The notes under the pieces were generated by a model. It had not been told where the DNA came from. It was given only the letters and a program-made list of their open reading frames with translations, and ran no database searches. A stretch of DNA of 64,000 nt, from assembly GCA_013239625.1 (NCBI GenBank), contig MU055785.1:434001-498000 (forward strand), written 5' to 3'. Numbering within the stretch: the stretch's first letter is position 1; each line of letters starts with the position of its first letter. Origin of the DNA: Lama guanicoe. Taxonomy: Eukaryota. This document shows, in pieces, positions 60,983-64,000 of this stretch. Both the position numbers and the translations under genes were made by a program.

Positions 60983-62867
60983 AGAAACAGGCTCAGAGAG
61001 GTAAAACAACTTGCCTCAGATGACACGGTGAAGAAGAGCCCTAGCTGAGGTCCCCTGCCCACCTCCCACCCCCTTCAAAGCACCCCACCAGGGCTATGAC
61101 CACATCTTTAATTTAACCTTTCCTAGATGCTATTCCTGGATTCTGGCCACGTGGGACCACATCAAAATGCACACTTCTACAATTTCCCATTAAGCATGGT
61201 CCTGTCAATGAACTGTCTCGATCTTGGCATCTTCTTAAAAAGCAAATGAGGGCTGCCTGTTGATGATGACGGCCCCTTGAACTTGAGACAAGAGGGCAGA
61301 CTCTGTGTCCAACCTTGTGATGGGACAGAAGACTTCCCACTGATCTTGGGAGAGTTAGGGGGACCTTGCAGTGAGCTCCAGCCCCAGCCAGAAGACAGAT
61401 GTGGAGCACAGTTCTCACAGGTGGCTCTTTGTGACCTGTCCGTTTGCTTTCTCCTCTCCTCGAGATGACATCGGTCAACCCCTCAAACCGCCACCTCCGC
61501 AGAGACCATCTCTGCACAGGCAGGTACCCACAGGGCAGAGCAGAGTGAGCTCTGAGGGCTGGAGTCAGACAGGGTGGGTTCAAATGCTGGCTCCCACACT
61601 GTGACCCTGAACAAGAGACTTCAAACATCACAAGTCTCTGTTTACTCATCTGCAAAATGGGGATAACAGTACCTATCTGGTTGGGTTGATGTGACCATTA
61701 AATGACAATTCAATGCAGCATGTAAAGCACGTGGCACATAAAAATGTTCATTATTGCTACGGTGACTGTTAGGATCCCGTGTGACTCTTCAGCCCTGGCT
61801 CTGTACCACGCACAGATGCTGGGTGTTTCATATACAGACTAGTTCATTTACTCTACGCAGAAATCCTAAAATTCTAGGATTATCCCATTTTCCAGATGAA
61901 GAACTAAAAGGTAAAGAGATGTGTCCAAGATCACACAGCCAGAAAGTGGCTGAGGCAGGATTCCAGCCCATGCTCTCAGCTTGCTACCCCTCTCCTTCGT
62001 TCTCTCTACTATGATCATTATTACTATTAACACTGGGCTTCTTATTACCACGACTCGTAGTAACTGTTACTATTACTACTATTGTTACTAATACTCCTCC
62101 TATTACTATTTTTAAAATACCATAAACCTCCAGGCTTCCAACCCATGGTGTCTTTGCCTTGGGATGAGTCTTCACAGCAAGGCCTCCAAAATTACACAAA
62201 GCCGTGGTCTGGCTGCGCCTGTGCAGGGGACACACAGACGTGACTTCTGGCACACGTGGCTTGACAGGCAAGCTCACTCCCTAGTGCTTGGTCAACCACA
62301 GGGCACAGCTATTCCCCAAGCCCAGCCTCAAATGCCACCGCTGCCCTCCCCACCCAGCTATCTTTGGAACTGTCATGTTAGACTCTCCAGTCCCTGGCCT
62401 CACAACAGAGAAGTCCAGCTCCCAGAATAACTCCAGAAGTACCCCCGGGTGAGGACAACTCTTATTGCCCGGGAGAAGTTAATGCAAAAGATATTTCAGG
62501 GGCCTCCATCCTGCCCCCTGAAGCCTCAGGCTGATGTATCAAATGAAGCCCCAGTGGGGAAATCGGGCTGGACCACCCTCTCCCCAAATGCCTCCCCACC
62601 ACACAGCCCCTTTGAGCAGCACCACAGGATATGAGGGAACAACCTTAGATGGGGACTTAGGGACTTGGGTTCTAATCCCAGCTCTGCCATGATCTATGTG
62701 ATTTTAAGCAGATACTTAACTTCTTTGAGCCTTGCTTCCCTTTCTGAAAAATCAGTAGAATACAAGCTCCTAAGTCATAGGTTTGTTGTAAGGATTAAAA
62801 GAATTATCACATGTAAAGCGAAAAAAAAAAGTGCCAGGCATGTAATAAGCACTCAGTAAATGTTAGC

Positions 62868-63112
62868 TATCATCACCACCATCGNNNNNNNNNNNNNNNN
62901 NNNNNNNNNNNNNNNNNNNNNNNNNNNNNNNNNNNNNNNNNNNNNNNNNNNNNNNNNNNNNNNNNNNNNNNNNNNNNNNNNNNNNNNNNNNNNNNNNNNN
63001 NNNNNNNNNNNNNNNNNNNNNNNNNNNNNNNNNNNNNNNNNTATCACCACCACCATCATCCCCATCATCGGTATCAACATTATCACCACCATCATCAGCA
63101 TCATCACCTCCA
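62868..63112. repeat. (CAT/CAC)n trinucleotide repeat spanning assembly gap 62885-63041
   Basis: ATCATCACCACCATC arrays on both sides of the Ns. Confidence 0.85.
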
Positions 63113-63113
63113 C

Positions 63114-63330
63114 TGTTCTGGGTCAGACTCCCCAGAAAGCCAACTCTGAGATGGAAGTTAGCCTGCAGGGTGTTCATTCAGGAGTGTTGGTGGGATCGAC
63201 ACCTGTGGAAAACTGCTTAAGAAAGCAGGACTGGGCAGAGGGAGAAGATGGGCCACAGGGTAGCCCCAACAGACGTCTCCACTGACCCTGTGGGGAGCTC
63301 TACATCTGATGGCCCCTCAAAGTTGGCCAG
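63114..63330. mobile_element. MaLR (MLT1-like) LTR fragment
   Basis: TCCCCAGAAAGCCAACTCTGAGATGGAAGTTAGCCTGCAGG motif typical of MLT1. Confidence 0.5.
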
Positions 63331-64000
63331 CCTCCAAGCCCCAATCACTTACAGTCTCTAACATGCATCATAATGGTGGGTTTGAGACTTGATCTTCTCA
63401 CTCTCTTCCCAAGGGAGATTTGCATTTTACAAGAGGAGGAGCTAAGAGCAATGTTTACCACCCAGGAGTGAATCATCAGTGGTGGAATTCCAGGCATCTG
63501 CTGGGCTCACTATCAGGGGCAAAGGAGGTTTGTGGGAGCTTCTCACACTGTCCCGTTTGCCCTTTGGCCCCAGATTCTCCTTTGCTTTCCCACCACAGCA
63601 GCGCCCCAGGGGACCATCTCCTTTCGAGTGGATGCTCATCCATCCCAACCCCAAAGGCTTGGACCAGCGTGACCCTGCTTCCCGGCAAGTCTTCTTGGGC
63701 GGCCACTAGGATCTGCATCTCCTCTCAACCTTTCCCACTCTTTTTCCAAAGGAGCACAAGCAAAGGACAATCTGCTCGTGCGGGCGAGTCATTTTCTAGT
63801 CAAGCTAACCCAGCTGAGGGCCTCAAGGGACAAAGCCTGGGTTCTGGACGCATGCAAGGAGCAGCCACAGGCAAGCGTGGACCTCTCCCATTTGTCCTCC
63901 TCTGATGGTTGCAGGATGAAATGAGATCATGTGGACAAGGTGCCCAGGACAGCTGGGCACACAGTAGGCGCTTACTAAATGCTCGTTCGTCCACAGGATA

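Noticed and set aside
60497-61062. His/Pro/Ser-rich 168-170 aa ORFs
   Set aside because: Translation of a (GGAT)n microsatellite.
62853-63285. ORFs spanning Ns
   Set aside because: Artefacts of the assembly gap within a trinucleotide repeat.
57500-64000. Next syntenic gene (TMEM119 expected beyond ISCU) or any novel gene
   Set aside because: No recognisable coding exon; only repeats and unique non-coding DNA in this window.
1-64000. CRISPR arrays, operons, rRNA, snoRNA/miRNA genes, intact ERV or L1
   Set aside because: Eukaryotic intron-exon DNA; no repeat-spacer arrays, no RNA gene I can support, and all mobile elements are fragments or solo LTRs.

Overview
Mammalian genomic DNA, most likely a camelid (inferred from multiple copies of a tRNA-derived SINE matching the camelid Vic-1 type). 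The window holds three intact spliced genes in the conserved eutherian order. FICD/HYPE (+, 2 coding exons, 458 aa) converges tail-to-tail with SART3/p110 (-, 19 coding exons, 959 aa), which shares a bidirectional CpG promoter with ISCU (+, 5 coding exons, 167 aa). All coding exon boundaries were read from the sequence (GT-AG, phases consistent, no internal stops). The rest is SINE, L1, MIR/L2, hAT-Charlie and ERV-LTR debris, microsatellites and two assembly gaps. I found no new protein-coding system; the notable signals are regulatory and structural. These are: apparent turnover of the hypoxia miR-210 site in the ISCU 3'UTR, a well-signalled cryptic exon in ISCU intron 4 at the apparent orthologue of the human myopathy pseudoexon, a perfect ERSE in the FICD promoter, and an old tandem duplication plus nested and inverted LTR cluster upstream of FICD. 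Comparisons to human sequence are from memory and need alignment.
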